NCBI RefSeq assembly: GCF_006345805.1
Contig: NC_042999.1
Span: 142,910,001 to 142,974,000 of the forward strand
Length of the DNA stretch: 64,000 bases
Reading direction: 5' to 3'
DNA from: Octopus sinensis
Lineage: Eukaryota
Shown: positions 37,925 through 51,040 of the stretch, in pieces
Numbering within the stretch: position 1 is the first letter of the stretch
Layout of the letters: each line of letters begins with the position of its first letter
Program-made: the position numbers and the translations under genes
Notes under the pieces: generated by a model
The model's input: the letters and a program-made list of their open reading frames with translations, nothing else
Database searches by the model: none
What the model was told of the DNA's origin: nothing

Positions 37925-38535
37925 TCATCATCATCATCATCATCATCATCGTTTAACGTCCGCTTTCCATGCTAGCATGGGTTGGACGATTTGACTGAGG
38001 TCTGGCGAACCAGATGGCTGCACCAGACTCCAGCTGGATGCCCTTCCTAATGCCAATCACTCCGAGAGTGTAGTGGGAGCTTTTACGTGCCAGCGACACG
38101 AGGGCCAGTTAGGTGGTACTGGCAACGGCCACGCTCAAATGGTGCTTTTTTATGTGTCACCTGCACAGGAGCCAGTCGAGCGGCACTGGCAACGACCTCG
38201 TTCGAATGTTTTTTTCACGTGCCACCAGCACAAGTGCTAGTAAGGTGACGCAGGTAACGATCACGCTCGAGTGGTGTTTTTAACGTGCCATCGGCATGGA
38301 GGCTAGCTTGTTGCTCTGGCAATGATCTCACCCGGATGGTACTCTTAGCGCTCCAGTAGCACGGATGCCAGTCATCGAATTTGATTTCAATTTCGATTTC
38401 ACTTGCCTCAACAGGTCTTCGCAAGCAGAGTTTAGTGTCCAATGAAGGAAAGGCACACATAAGTGGACTGGTTACACCCTTGGCATAGGCTACAAGTGGT
38501 CTCACTTGCGCTTGCCGAGTCTTCTCAAGCACGAA
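37925..38535 (-). mobile_element. 5'-truncated RTE 3' end with tandem-array variant and (ATG)n tail
   Basis: Homologous to 9300-10170, including GAGAAGACTCGGCA, GTTGAGGCAAGTG and CCATGCTAGCATGG. Confidence 0.85.
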
Positions 38536-40983
38536 GCAAATTCTGCATAGGCGGCAAGTCTGAGAGTGATCAATAAAAACATGCCTAAGAGAAAATCCCT
38601 CGGGAAAGCGTTTTCCATACTGCATACTAAAACGGTATGGTCAAGCAATGAGTAGAGAAAAACTTCCTTTTAATGTGTTAAAAAATCTAGAGACAACAAA
38701 GGTTCCTTCCACTTAGCTAATAATTTTCTTCTTGTTTTTATTCTCCAAATGTAATATTATGTTACAATAACACGTAGACGTTATGAATATCAATACAATT
38801 ATTGGGTGACGGTATAAATTCTTTATGGTTCTTAGTTACATCTTCAAAACTTGCCGGCGTACCCTTTCTATTTCAGCCTTCCGAAGGCTATTAGATGTGT
38901 ACCGGTCATAAACTGAGGTTGATTAAGTTGACTTATCCCTTTCTTAGAGATTTCGGTCCTGCAACAATGTAAGAAATCAATATTTATTATATCGATTTGC
39001 TGTCGTGAATGCAGATTTATAAAAGGGTAGCTCCAGGCAAGCTAAATCAATGATTAAATCTCTATTCCTAGTTGTAGCTATTTTGTTTCAATAACGCTTC
39101 GATTGTTCTTTAGAAAGGCACAAACGTCACACAATCAATAATTTAATCAATAATTTTACGGATGAACCTTAAAATAAAGACCATCAGCAAAATTATTGAT
39201 TTTTCACGCAGCTCCTCTTTTAAATGAATTATTATTTTTATGTTTGCTTTCCCATACGTCGGTTTATATTGAGTCTGTTGAACATTCAGTCATGTGTGTT
39301 AATTGTTGGAACAAGAGATTTTTATCAATAATTTAGAAGAGTTAACTTAAACGTAAACGGGAAGGCTGTAAAAAAATGGCTTCTTAAAATTTGAAATAAC
39401 TCTTTCTGCTTTGACAAGAATTATCTCCCTTTATTCATAATTTTCTGGCGCATGATTTCGTTTTCTTTTTATTCTTTGGTTCTAAGTTCAAATCAGGTCG
39501 AAGTCAACTTTGCCTCTCATTATTTCAGGATCGTTTAAATAAAGTACAAGTCAAGTACCGGAGTCGATGGTGTTATCTTAATCCCCTCTCCTCAAAATTG
39601 CTGCGCTAAATTTAAAACCACCTTTATTATTCGGTGCGAGGGTGACGAGGTGGCAGAACCATTAGAGCGTCGGATAAAAAACCCTATAGTATTTTCTCCG
39701 ACTCTTTATGTTCTGAGTTCAAACCCTGCTGACATCGATTTTACCTTTAATCCTTTCGATATCGATAAAATAACATAGGAGTCAAATGCTAGGGTTTATG
39801 TAGTCGACCAACAGCTAAAATTGCTAGCCTTGTACCTAAACCTGGTACCATTATTATTTCGCGTCTGTATTAAAGCTTTCCATTATTCCTCAAATCAACC
39901 AAATAACAAATGGTCTGTGAATCCGGAATTTTTACTGTGAGACAAGAAAAATGTATTGAATGACCAAAAATAGGAGGTAAGCTGGAGGTCACCATTAAAA
40001 TATAGAAAAACAATATGGAATAAAGTTTCATTTCTCAGTTTAAGCTAGTCCTACGTGTCACTTTCTCTATGAAAATACTGTGGAAGATGTTGCAACATTA
40101 GAACATTCATATGTTACTCTTGTACAAATGCTTCACAGGAAATTTATTCATCTCATGATTTCCTCTAATTCAAAACACAGAACAAGCAGAAATTCAATTT
40201 AAATCCCAACTACATAAACTCAGTAGTGTAGCAGAGTCCGCAAGATTTATGAGTTCTATCTGACTACTTGAGATTATGTGTGTGTGCTTGTGGAAGGGGA
40301 AACAAGAACAACAAAACCTTGACCTCAGTTTCCATTCCATGTAAATTAGCTAAGTTGTAGTGAAGTTTGTTACAAGTGGAGATACTGGTTTAAATGAATA
40401 TATTACTAACATAATTTTACTTTTTTTACCTGCTTCACACATCATGCTGGGATGTACGATCATGCTGGGACATAGCCTTGAAGAGTCTAGTTGAAAATGA
40501 TTATTTTGAAGTTTGGTACTTATTATGTCAGTCTGCTTTTGCTGAACTGCTAAGTTATGAAGCATTAACGGACTAACATTGGCTATCAACCATTGGGGAT
40601 GTGAGGGATAAACACAGACACATGCGTGTGCACGCACACACACACTTACATACATAAACACACACAAACATACACTCACCACCACAGCCACAGCCACACA
40701 AACATTCACACACACACATGTAAGTACGTACTATGCACTTCAAGCATAAATCAATCCTGGGCTATAGTAAAAGATACTTGCCCAAGGTGTTACACTGAAG
40801 GATTGAATATTGCATACAACGATGTGTGTTTTACAAAAAGACTCATAGTTTTTATCAAGTATGGAATACATAGTCTAAGAATATTGTATCAGCAGAAATT
40901 TTCACAGGTGAAACTTGTCTGTCCATTCAAGAGCTGTGTATTGTCTACAGAACAGATTTATAATGCTGATATGTTCCATACAT

Positions 40984-41272
40984 CAGTGCTTCTCAAACTA
41001 TCTGATGTGGCATACTGGCAGTTTTCTTTTTTCCCAATGTGCCAGGGACTGGTAATATTTCTTAGTAATATTAATTTATACTGGAAACAATATATAAAAG
41101 GAATATAATAAAAGTTGACAATTTTTTTTACCTTATATTTATTTTGTAAATAATACAATATTACATAAGCATTTTATAATGTTTCTTTCTTTTCTGGAAA
41201 CTTGCCGTGCACCAGCAGCTGATGGCTCGCGGACTGGCACCAGTTTGCGGACCACCACTTTGAGTAGCACTG
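40984..41272. mobile_element. hAT MITE with a perfect 8-bp TSD
   Basis: CAGTGCTTCTCAAA ... TTTGAGTAGCACTG. TSD CCATACAT at 40976-40983 and 41273-41280. Confidence 0.9.
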
Positions 41273-41299
41273 CCATACATGACATTCTTTTATTCTTTC

Positions 41300-41715
41300 A
41301 CTAGATTGAGACTATGCAGAGGCTTTAAGAGTCTTAGTTGTTTTACTGATCTCAATACTTATTTCAGTCAGGCATTTGCTTTATTGAACTCTATCAATTG
41401 GCTAACTCATAATTCAACAAATCTGTGGTACACACATACACATGCATGCATATACGTTCACACACACATAGTAATAATAATGAAGATGATATTCAGTTAA
41501 TTTGTGCAGTCTCCATGTATCAAACTCCACTCACAAAGTATCACAGCCCTGTGGAACAAGCTACCACAAGATGTCATTCAACTGCCCACCACTCCTCTGT
41601 TCAAAGAGGCTCTGAACAACTGTGACGACTATGTATAAAACTGTATATAACTATAACTGTTTTTTGTTTGTAAGTGCATTGTGCTCTTCTCCTGCCAATA
41701 AATTTTATTTTATTT
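41300..41715 (+). mobile_element. Decayed LINE 3' end (CR1/L2/Jockey group)
   Basis: SQSITALWNKLPQDVIQLPTTPLFKEAL followed by AATAAA and a T-rich tail. Confidence 0.55.
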
Positions 41716-42139
41716 TATTTGACATTGGTCAACTAGAGGCTTAAAGTGAGAATGAGCCCAGACCATGTCAATATGTAGAGGAACTGAAAGTTTAGTTAAT
41801 GTGCTTGTAACAGTCTTGCAATAAAATTAATATTGGGGTTATATGCCATATATTTTTAGTAAGACATGAAATGATATGTTTACAAGTTTCAAGTGCTTGT
41901 TGACTTGCTTTACAGGCAAAAGTGTAGCCCTTAGATGATTTGGAGGTGTTGATCGGTCAAATTTAAACTCTATGAAATTTAATGATGCATAAAACAGCAT
42001 GTTTGCTAAACATTTACCAGAAATGTTTATGGTGTAACTCAACATTATTATTTCTACATCAAGACTGACTATTTCAACCATATTAATAAGTGGTAAATAT
42101 CAATGTAAATATGTTTTCACAAACTGAATCCTTGAGAAT

Positions 42140-42425
42140 CATCATCATCATCATCATCATCGTTTAACATCCATTTTCCATGCTAGCATGCGTTGGACGA
42201 TTTGACTGAGGTCTGGCGAACCAGATGGCTGCACCAGACTCCAATCTAATCTGGCAGAGTTTCTACAGCTGGATGCCCTTCCTAATGCCAATGACTCCGA
42301 GAGTATAGTGGGTGCTTTTATGGGCCACCGGCACGCAGGCCAGTCAGGCGGTACTGGCAACAGCCACGCTCAAATGGTGCTTTTTATGTGCCACCTGCAC
42401 AGGAGCCAGTCCAGCGGCATTCTGC
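42140..42425 (-). mobile_element. RTE 3'-end copy
   Basis: (CAT)n plus GGATGCCCTTCCTAATGCC and two array units. Confidence 0.8.
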
Positions 42426-42949
42426 ATGGTATTCCATTGAATTTTTATATCACTACAATAGTCCCATCTGTGACTAGATGTTTACTGTGTATTATACAGA
42501 GAACATACATGGCTGTTGTTGTAACTTATACAAGAGATTGACATTACTTATGAAAGTCATGATCAATAACTATTTTTTTTTAACCGAATATTCAGGTGGT
42601 GTGTACTTATAGTAATTGTTTGAAACTACAATGATTTATTGAGTGTGTACTTGACCCTGATTTTTGGTAGTGTTAAGCAAATGAATGACATATTTTGGTA
42701 GACTTCAGCTATTATCTGTTTTAATATCACCATTTAACCCTTAGGTGTCTTAGTGGAGTCTACTCTTTGCCAGTATTTGGACCAGATATCCAGCTGAAAA
42801 TAACTTTCTTCTTTGAGGCACTAAAATGAGTCAATGATACTTCATTTTCTTTTCTGTCTAAGCCATTAAAAAAATATAATAAAATGTTTTTTCTCAGATA
42901 ATATACTTTTTATGACATTTCCAGATCTTGTAGTTATTGTCTTAGCTAA

Positions 42950-44200
42950 GTAGAACATTACGTGGAAAGTTATGATAATCTGGCTAGAGATTTGAATTTA
43001 TTACTTAAAATAACTGGGGAAACTGCTAAAGGACACCTGCTGCGTGAAAACTTGATAGTAAAATGAGTGTTAGTATATTTGATGAAAGGAGCCAAGAAAT
43101 TCATGAAAAATACACACTCAGCAATGAGAACAATCATTCTTGAAATGATTAATTCTGATCAAAATAAATATATCAATAAAATAGCACAAAAAGCAACTCC
43201 AAAAGTTTTTAATAAATTTGATAAGGAATGCAGTGAAGAGTGAGTTGGATCTTTAGCAGCTCCATGTTTCAGTTTTATTAGACCTCAACAGTTCAGCTAA
43301 TACTGACATTTCTTGGTTCACTGCATCAAGCATGCTAGCAAATACTTTCCTAAGATCTGATAATCTAATACATTAGATTATACAACTGTTTACAAGATGT
43401 TAATAGTACTTTTGCATAAAATTACTTAGTTTGAACTTTTAGAGACCTCTGATCAATCAAACTAAGCAAATTTAATAATTTAATAAACATGACCTTCAAA
43501 ACAATATTTTATTTATTTGACATATGTTTATTGGAAAGTCTAAATCCATTCAATCTCATCGATTCAAGACATCAAAAGTCTTTCAACCTAACACAGAACA
43601 ATGCAAAAATGATTCTACTTTTAAATTTATCGTGCAGGACTTGGTTAAACTTCTATGAGATCAATCTTTGAGACATGCAGGCTGTACACTTAAGATAATA
43701 GATATTTATTTTTAGCAATATTCAATGACAACTTTCTTTTGAAATTTTTCATATTAAAAAATAAAACCATTTCAACAATACATTATGATTACATTTTTAG
43801 AATGTACTATTGATTGTGAGCAGAAAATATAGTTAAAATTCAACATGCAATTTATTGATCTAGGTGTCAGACTATAAATTAGAGAACAGTTTAAAATATT
43901 GATTTTATTTGAGAGAGTAAAAAGAACACTGTGAAATTGATATATTTCTAAAGGACTTTAATAATGTAAGTCTACTAAAGTAACTGCAATTAAAAATTGA
44001 AACAGAATTGTGGACAAAACTTACCAAGAGCTTGTCAGTACTCTATAGCATTCATCATGAAGATATAGAATACTTTACAAAGCTTCAATACAGAGAATAA
44101 ATGTCTTTTACTGAAAAAATTCAAGAAAATCATTAGATTCAGGAAGGCTTTAAGCAATGAAAACTGTTTTAAAGCTTAGTTTTATGACAAGTAAAGTGGA
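42950..44200 (+). mobile_element. Probable heavily decayed Buster/Charlie-type hAT transposase
   Basis: Stop-ridden frames give GHLLRENLI, YTLSNE, DKECSEE.VGSLAA.CFSFIR, EIDIFL and EGFKQ, in the order expected for ZBED5/FAM200-like transposases. Weak similarity, judged by eye. Confidence 0.4.
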
Positions 44201-44554
44201 AGGTACGCTAATTAGCCAGTTAATATAATTATTTCACATTCACATCTATTGGAATCTGTAATCTAGAATCTGTAACTTATGTTATAGTATTGCAATAGAA
44301 CAAATTGATTTTAAAGGGTTTAATTGAGGCCTTTGGTCTCTTTTAGGCTGCCTGTGACATTTCAAATACTAAATGCAAACCTGAAATTTAAAAGGTTAAT
44401 GAACTTGTCATAAAAGTTCTAATTAATCCCTCATCTTTCAGACTATAGGAATTTTACATTTAACATTTTATACTATGCTCCATATATCACTCCGCAACAA
44501 AGCTTTTTAATTTTATGCTTTATCTTTCACTTTCTAATCTGCAAGTTGCATATT

Positions 44555-44610
44555 TCTTTCTTTCTTTCTTTCCTTTCTTTTCTTTCTTTCTTTCTTTCTT
44601 TCTTTCTTTT

Positions 44611-44663
<53 letters not shown>

Positions 44664-44691
44664 TTTCTTTCTTTCTTTCTTCTTTCTTTCT

Positions 44692-44743
<52 letters not shown>

Positions 44744-44765
44744 TCCTTCCTTCCTTCCTTCCTTC
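44555..44765. repeat. (TTTC)n/(TTCC)n microsatellite
   Basis: Direct reading. Confidence 0.95.
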
Positions 44766-45544
44766 CTTTTATTACAAACCTTTCCACTAGCTTAATTTAG
44801 AGATAACCAACAGAAAATTATATTTAAATTTAGATACCCCTGAAAATCTATTTGAGCCTCTTTTCATGTACTAGCTTTCTGAAGAATAAAATATAATTGA
44901 AAGCAAATTTAGATATGAAAGAGTTAAAATTCAGTTTGGTTTATTTAGGAGTTAGACAGGTAGGTATTGCTACATCTGACAGCATATTAACTATATAAAA
45001 GTGTATAATGTTAAAAGTATTGGGTGGTTCGTTAAATTAGCTTTAAATAAAATTAATGAAATTACAAGGTTGGGTAAGTCTCCCCAACAGCTGATTTCCA
45101 TTTATTTCAATCCTGAATCAACTGATCAGTGAAGCCAACTCTATAAAATTGCTTTTATTCAGTGGTTTATTTTAATAAATGCACAGTAATCATATAAAAA
45201 AAAATTGATAAAACTGTATCTTGTCAAATAAAATCAATAAATACCCAGTCTGTCCTAAAAGAAATTGAATTTTTGGAACAGCATGCCAAACTGATTAAAT
45301 CATGAATAAAGAAATAAATTTTTTTTCTTAAATCTTCAATTTTCTTTTGGACAAACTATGTGTACTGCATTGGTTAAGAAGAAGATAAACAGTAATAAAA
45401 ATTTCTGTAGGCATGGCTGTATGCTTGAAAAATTTATTTCTCTGTCACATCATTCTGGGTTTGCTTCTTCTGTGTGGTACCTTGAGCTGAGCAATATTTA
45501 GTGAGTAGAATTAGGTCAACAGAAACTCTTTGGAAGCCCATTAT

Positions 45545-45998
45545 GTGTGTGTGTATCTTTTATCTTTTACTTGTTTCAGTCATTAGACTGCAGCCATGCT
45601 GGGGCACCACTTTGAATTTTAAGTTGAATGAATCAACTCCAGTACTTCTTTTTCAAGTCTGGTACTTATTCTATCAGTCTTTTTTTGCTGAACCACTAAG
45701 TTACAGAGACAAAAACACAGGCAGACACAAGTTGTCAAGCGGTGGAGGGGAGACAAACACAAACTCAAACACACACACATTCTCTTCAGTCATTTGACTG
45801 TGGTCATGCTGGAGCACCACCTTAAAGGGTTTTTCAGTCGAAGAAATTGACCCCAGAACTTATTCTTTGTAAGCCTAGTACTTATTCTATCGGTTCTTTT
45901 GCTGAACTGCTAAGTTATGGAGACATAAACACACCAGCATTGGTTGTCATGCGATGGTCAGGGGACAAACACATAAATACATACATACATACATACAC

Positions 45999-46034
<36 letters not shown>

Positions 46035-46190
46035 TTATATGCTGGGCTTCCTTCAGTTTCCATCTGCCAAATCCACTCACAAGTCTTTGGTTGTCCCAAG
46101 GCTATAGTAGAAAACACTTGCTGAAGGTACCACACAGTGGGACTGAACCTGGAACCATGTGGCTGGAAAGCAGGCTCTTTACCATTCAGC
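45545..46190 (-). mobile_element. Cluster of tRNA-derived SINE copies
   Basis: Repeated TTTCAGTCATT(T/A)GACTG..CCATGCTGG.GCACC tails, ATCGACCCCAG-like bodies and a B-box-like GGTTCAGTCCC. Confidence 0.7.
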
Positions 46191-46214
46191 CATGCTTAAA
46201 TTATTATTGTTGTG

Positions 46215-46253
<39 letters not shown>

Positions 46254-46769
46254 TTCATCATCATCATCATCATCATCATCATCTTTATTATCATATTTTA
46301 CTTCTCAGAGCTCTCAATCTTAATTGCTCTAGTTAATTCTGTGAGACCAGACTGTAACCAATTGTCAAAGGTCTCACAAAGTTACTCTCCATGAATTATA
46401 AGACTTGGTATTATTATTATATGTTTGGCTTTTGCTTTGTATTTGTACAAGTTGACTCCAAGTCTCATCCAGAGGCTTCAAGAGACAACAAGTTAGACGT
46501 TCAAGTTGGTATCATGACTAGGGTGCCATATATTTGGTTTTGCATAGAGTATTGTTCTAGAAAATGTCTGTCAAAACATATGTAAATTAGAAGTTTGTTT
46601 TAAAAGTAATTTGATTATAAGATGATAGTCTGATGTTAAGATCACAGTAAAAGGTGTTTGATGTTATGTACATTTAAAAGTATTTTCACACTGTTTATGG
46701 AATAAAATACTTTTGGGATTACATAGGTAATATTTTACATAGGATATGAGCAGTTCCCATGAACAATAT

Positions 46770-47290
46770 ATTTTTTAATTTCTTCCATTTTGGGATTTCC
46801 TGGTATCTGAGCTAGGTAGCAATCAGCCCCTTTTACTATCATTCCTATGGCACCTATAACAACAGGTATCGTTTTAGTCTTCAGGTTCCACATTTTGCCA
46901 ATTTCTATTTCAGTTTTTGATAGGTTTTGACAGATACATATATGTCATTTGGGACAGTCATATCGATGAGGAGGCATGATTTTTGTCTGAAGTCCTTCAA
47001 TATAATGTCTGGCCTAATTGCATCTATCTTTCTGTCAGTGAAGTTCCAAAGGTGTGAAATGTGGTCATTTTCAAGCACTGGCAGTGGTTTGTGTTCTCCA
47101 CCAGTTTTCATCATGGGGCAGGTCCAAGTCTTTGCAAATTACCCAGTGAATATTCTGTGCTGCTCTGTCATGCCCATTGAGATACTCTGTAGGTGCAAGA
47201 AAACTGCACATGGAAACAACATGATCAATGGTTTCATTTTGTTGTTTACATACATGACATGTTGGGCTACTGCTGTTCTTAAAGATGTTT
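46770..47290 (-). mobile_element. R4/Dong-clade non-LTR retrotransposon 3' fragment (restriction-like endonuclease)
   Basis: ETIDHVVS.C...EY..HD, HW.IC, then RPDIILKD..KSCLLID..VP, which is the CCHC plus PD-(D/E)xK pattern. Adjacent to (ATT)n. Confidence 0.8.
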
Positions 47291-47689
47291 AAGATGTTGA
47301 GATGTTATTATTATTAGTTTTATTATTATTATTATTTTAGGCATAGCAATATGAATAACCTGTTGTTAGAACTTAATACATGTATGCTTCAGAAAAAAGC
47401 ATCACCTGAGTACAGAGAAGCAATAAGTTAAATGAATGACAAGGGAATAAGAAATTAAGTATTGAACATTTTTAGCTTAAATAATATATATACATATATT
47501 AGGTTAATCAGCAGAAGTTACAAAGTGACTCAAGAGCTGAGAGTTTTACACATGGTTGTGAGGCACTTTAGATAAATGTCTTCTACTACAGCCTTAGGCT
47601 GTCAAAAGCCTGGTTGGCAGAAACTAAAAGTCTATTGTTTGTATATGTGTGTGTGAAAGTATCTTCTTGTCTAGGCTATTGAAATTTAC

Positions 47690-47840
47690 AGTAAAACAAA
47701 AGACAAAGACAGGTATATGAATAACAAGCAGCTGTATTAGTTTGACACCCAGGAAAGTGAAAAAGTCTTTTAAGTTTCAAGCCTATGCTCTTCAACAGAT
47801 GCGAATAAGAGAAAATAAACAGAGAAAGATTAAAAATACA
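47690..47840 (-). mobile_element. Penelope-type terminal repeat fragment with a hammerhead-like motif (copy 3)
   Basis: The minus strand reads CTGTTGAAGAGCATAGGCTTGAAACTTAaaagac, with the same downstream flank (ctaatacagctgcttgtt). Confidence 0.5.
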
Positions 47841-48671
47841 AGTGGATTTAGCAGTCAAACATGGTGAGTGGTCAGAAAAAAAAATTTGACAGGAGAAGTT
47901 GAAAGAAGGGGAGACAATAAAGTATTGGTGATCCCAAAACGAAGGTGGGTGTGTGTGTATGTATGTATGTGAGAATGTAAAAAGCACCCAGCACACTCCG
48001 TTAAGTGGTTGGCATTAGAAAGGGCATCCAGCTAGAGAAACCATGCTTCAACACACAGCTGGGGTCTGGGCAGGTCCCTGCTAGCCAGCTCCATGTCAAA
48101 CCATGCAACCCATTCCAGTATGGGAAGTAGACATTAAACGATGATGATGATGGATGGATGGGTGTATATATGTGTATGTGTACATCAGCATATAGTACAT
48201 CACTGATTGGCTTGACAGAATCATGCACAGCAAACACAGAAGGCATCAATGAAGATCAAACACTGTTGTTGGCTAATTCACAAATCCAGTCGTTTTCAAC
48301 TTATTCAATGAATAGTAAAGCATTTAGTGTGTCATGAAATAATAATGAATGAACAAATGAATGGATTTTAAATTTTGCAACAATTGTTTTACTAAAATCT
48401 TGATTTTAATGTAAGCATAATACAATGTTTTAGATTATACAACACATTATGCAATCCTCGTTCTCATCAGGCAATACTTGAAAGAGAATGAAATAATGAG
48501 TTGTTGAGTAATCAATTGATTTTCAGACAAGCAAAATTACAGTCAAATATATATGTGTACATGTGGATGTGTGTGTGTGACAGCCAATTGGCAGATATTT
48601 ATTCAGGCTTTCTGTGATCCAAGTTCAAATCTTGCTGAAGTCAACTTTACTTTTCATTAGTTCAGTGGCAT

Positions 48672-49039
48672 AAATACTACTGTAACTTGCCATTGAGGGT
48701 AACTTGGTGTCAACACATACTATGGTTTCAGAAATGGTTTTTATGTGCTTCAGTATCATATGCAAGCAGATAATTCTCATCCTTGTCTCAGTATGTAATA
48801 GCTGGAGGGAGAGAGGGCTGCACCAGTGCCTAGACTTACACTTTATTTATGCCACTGAACTAATATAAAGTGTAAGCCTAGGCACTGGTGCAGCCCTCTC
48901 TCCCTCCAGCTATTACATACTGAGACAAGGATGAGAATTATCTGCTTGCATATGATACTGAAGCACATAAAAACCATTTCTGAAACCATAGTATGTGTTG
49001 ACACCAAGTTATCCTCAATGGCAAGTTACAGTAGTATTT
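48672..49039. repeat. Near-perfect 175-bp inverted repeat with an 18-nt loop
   Basis: 48672-48846 is the reverse complement of 48865-49039 with 2 mismatches (48699/49012 and 48834/48877). Confidence 0.97.
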
Positions 49040-49117
49040 TGTAGTTATATATATACACACATACACACATATATATGACAGCATGGAAAATAGACGTTAA
49101 ATGATGATAATAATATA

Positions 49118-50009
49118 TACAAGGTGCGGTGAGTAAACTGTTGTCTAAATTATGCAAAAATGAAAATAACACCGACATCTCATTATAACAGATATATTTA
49201 CCAAAATTACATAAAAATATCTTGGAATACTAAAGACTAAATTTATTCAATGAAATAGTCATTGGCTTCAACCACGGCCTCCAGATGACTTCAAAATCTT
49301 CTGCGAGTTTTCTGGACGATCTCCTTGTTTAAGTTGGTGAATGCTGCCATAATCCTTGCCTTCAGTTCTTCTTTGGTGTTTCAAGGAGTTTTGTTGATCC
49401 CTCGCTCAACTGCGCCTCAGACATAATAATCAAGGGGGTTGCAGTATGGGGAGTTAGGTGGCCAGATGTTAGGGATGGTGTGGTCACAGAAATTGTCTGA
49501 CAGCCATGACTGGGTTCTCCTGCTTGTGTAGCATGGTGCAGAGTCCTGTTACCAGACATATGATCTTCTAGCAGTCCCCCCTCTTGACCTAGGACAGCAC
49601 TATCTCCTCCAGGTACTTGATGTAGGCTGACATGCTGAGTCTGAGGCCATGTGCGAAGATGAATGGAGGCATAATGTTGCCATCACTAGTGATTACTCCA
49701 CATACAATGATGGTGACTGGATGTTTGTCTTTTATCACTTTTGGTATATGTCTTCAGATTGCACAGTCCTCGAATTGACAGCCAAACACTCTGAAATGTT
49801 TGTACTGGAGCTCCAGCATGAATACCAAGCAACACAACATGTCATTTCCACATATCTGCAGAGTGAATTGCATCATGGTGCTGTTTTTCTCACAGACGGT
49901 GCCCAACTGACCCTACCATACTGTGTAGTCAACAAAATCAAAAACAAACAATGTGCATGCTTGAAATTAAGAATATAAAATGGCAACAATTTACCCATCA
50001 CACCCTATA
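49118..50009 (-). mobile_element. maT/DD37D Tc1-mariner element, internally deleted and decayed
   Basis: TIRs TACAAGGTGCGGTGAGTAAACTGTTG / TATAGGGTGTGATGGGTAAATTGTTG. QDSAP...WPPNSPYCNPLDYYV has 37 residues between the two Asp. Confidence 0.85.
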
Positions 50010-50339
50010 TATATATGGTGCAGGCATGGTGGTGTGGTAAGAAGTTTGTTTACATGCTGGCATGGGTTGGACAGTTTGACCGGAGTAGGCCAGGCAGAAA
50101 CTGCATCACACTTCTGTGTCTGTTTTGGCATGGTTTTTATGACTGGATGTCATTCAAAATACCAACCGCTCCACAGAATGGACATATATATATATATGTG
50201 TGTGTTTTTCTGTGTGTGTTTTTCTGTCTGTGTTTGCTCCTTCCCCTCACTGCTTGATAGCAGTTTGGCAAAAGAGACTGATACAATAAGAACCAGTCTT
50301 AAAAAAAAAAGTACTGGAGTTGATTCATTTGGCTAAAAG

Positions 50340-50755
50340 TTCTTCAAGGTGGTGCCCCAGCAAGGCCACAGTCTAATGGCTGAAACAAGTGTGTTTTTCT
50401 TTTACTTTTACTTGTTTCAGTCATTTGACTGTGGCCATGCTGGAGCACCGCCTTTAGTCGAACAAATCGACCCCAGGACTTATTCTTTGTAAGCCTAGTA
50501 CTTATTCTATCAGTTTTTTTTTTTGCCAAACCACTAAGTTATGGGGACATAAACACACACCAACATCAGTTGCCAAGCGACAGTGGAGGGACAAACACAG
50601 ACACACACATAAATATATATATATATTTATAACGAGCTTCTTTCAGTTTCCATCTACCAAATCTACTTACAAGGCTTTAGTCAGTGTGAGGCTACAGTAG
50701 AAGACACTTGCCCATGGTGCCATGCAGTGGGACTGAACTGGGAACCATGTGGTTA
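50340..50755 (-). mobile_element. tRNA-derived SINE copies
   Basis: Same family as the 45.5-46.2 kb cluster. Confidence 0.7.
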
Positions 50756-50990
50756 AATATAAATGATATATATCTTTGTCCATTTTGTTCTGTTTTACTG
50801 TGCTAGCATGGGTTGAACAGTGAATTATTTGAGGTAGAGTTTAACAGCTGGGTGCTCTTCCCACCACTAATCTTTACCTGTTTTTCAAGTAGAGTTTCTT
50901 TTTATTCCCAAGGTCTTTGAAAGTGAATGCCAACAAGGATTGTAAACATCATCATCATCATCATTTTTCTGAGATGTTGACATAAGCGGA

Positions 50991-51039
<49 letters not shown>

Positions 51040-51040
<1 letters not shown>

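Noticed and set aside
43078-43165. C/D box snoRNA (TTGATGA ... CTGA about 80 nt apart)
   Set aside because: Poor terminal stem, no convincing rRNA antisense element, and it lies inside the fossil ORF.
43080-43345. Selenoprotein (TGT TGA GGT = C-U-G on the minus strand), stop-to-Trp editing, or tail-to-tail genes with stops 9 nt apart
   Set aside because: Weak acceptor, no recognisable selenoprotein fold or SECIS. TAA and TAG stops also interrupt these frames. A decayed transposase explains the open stretches more simply.
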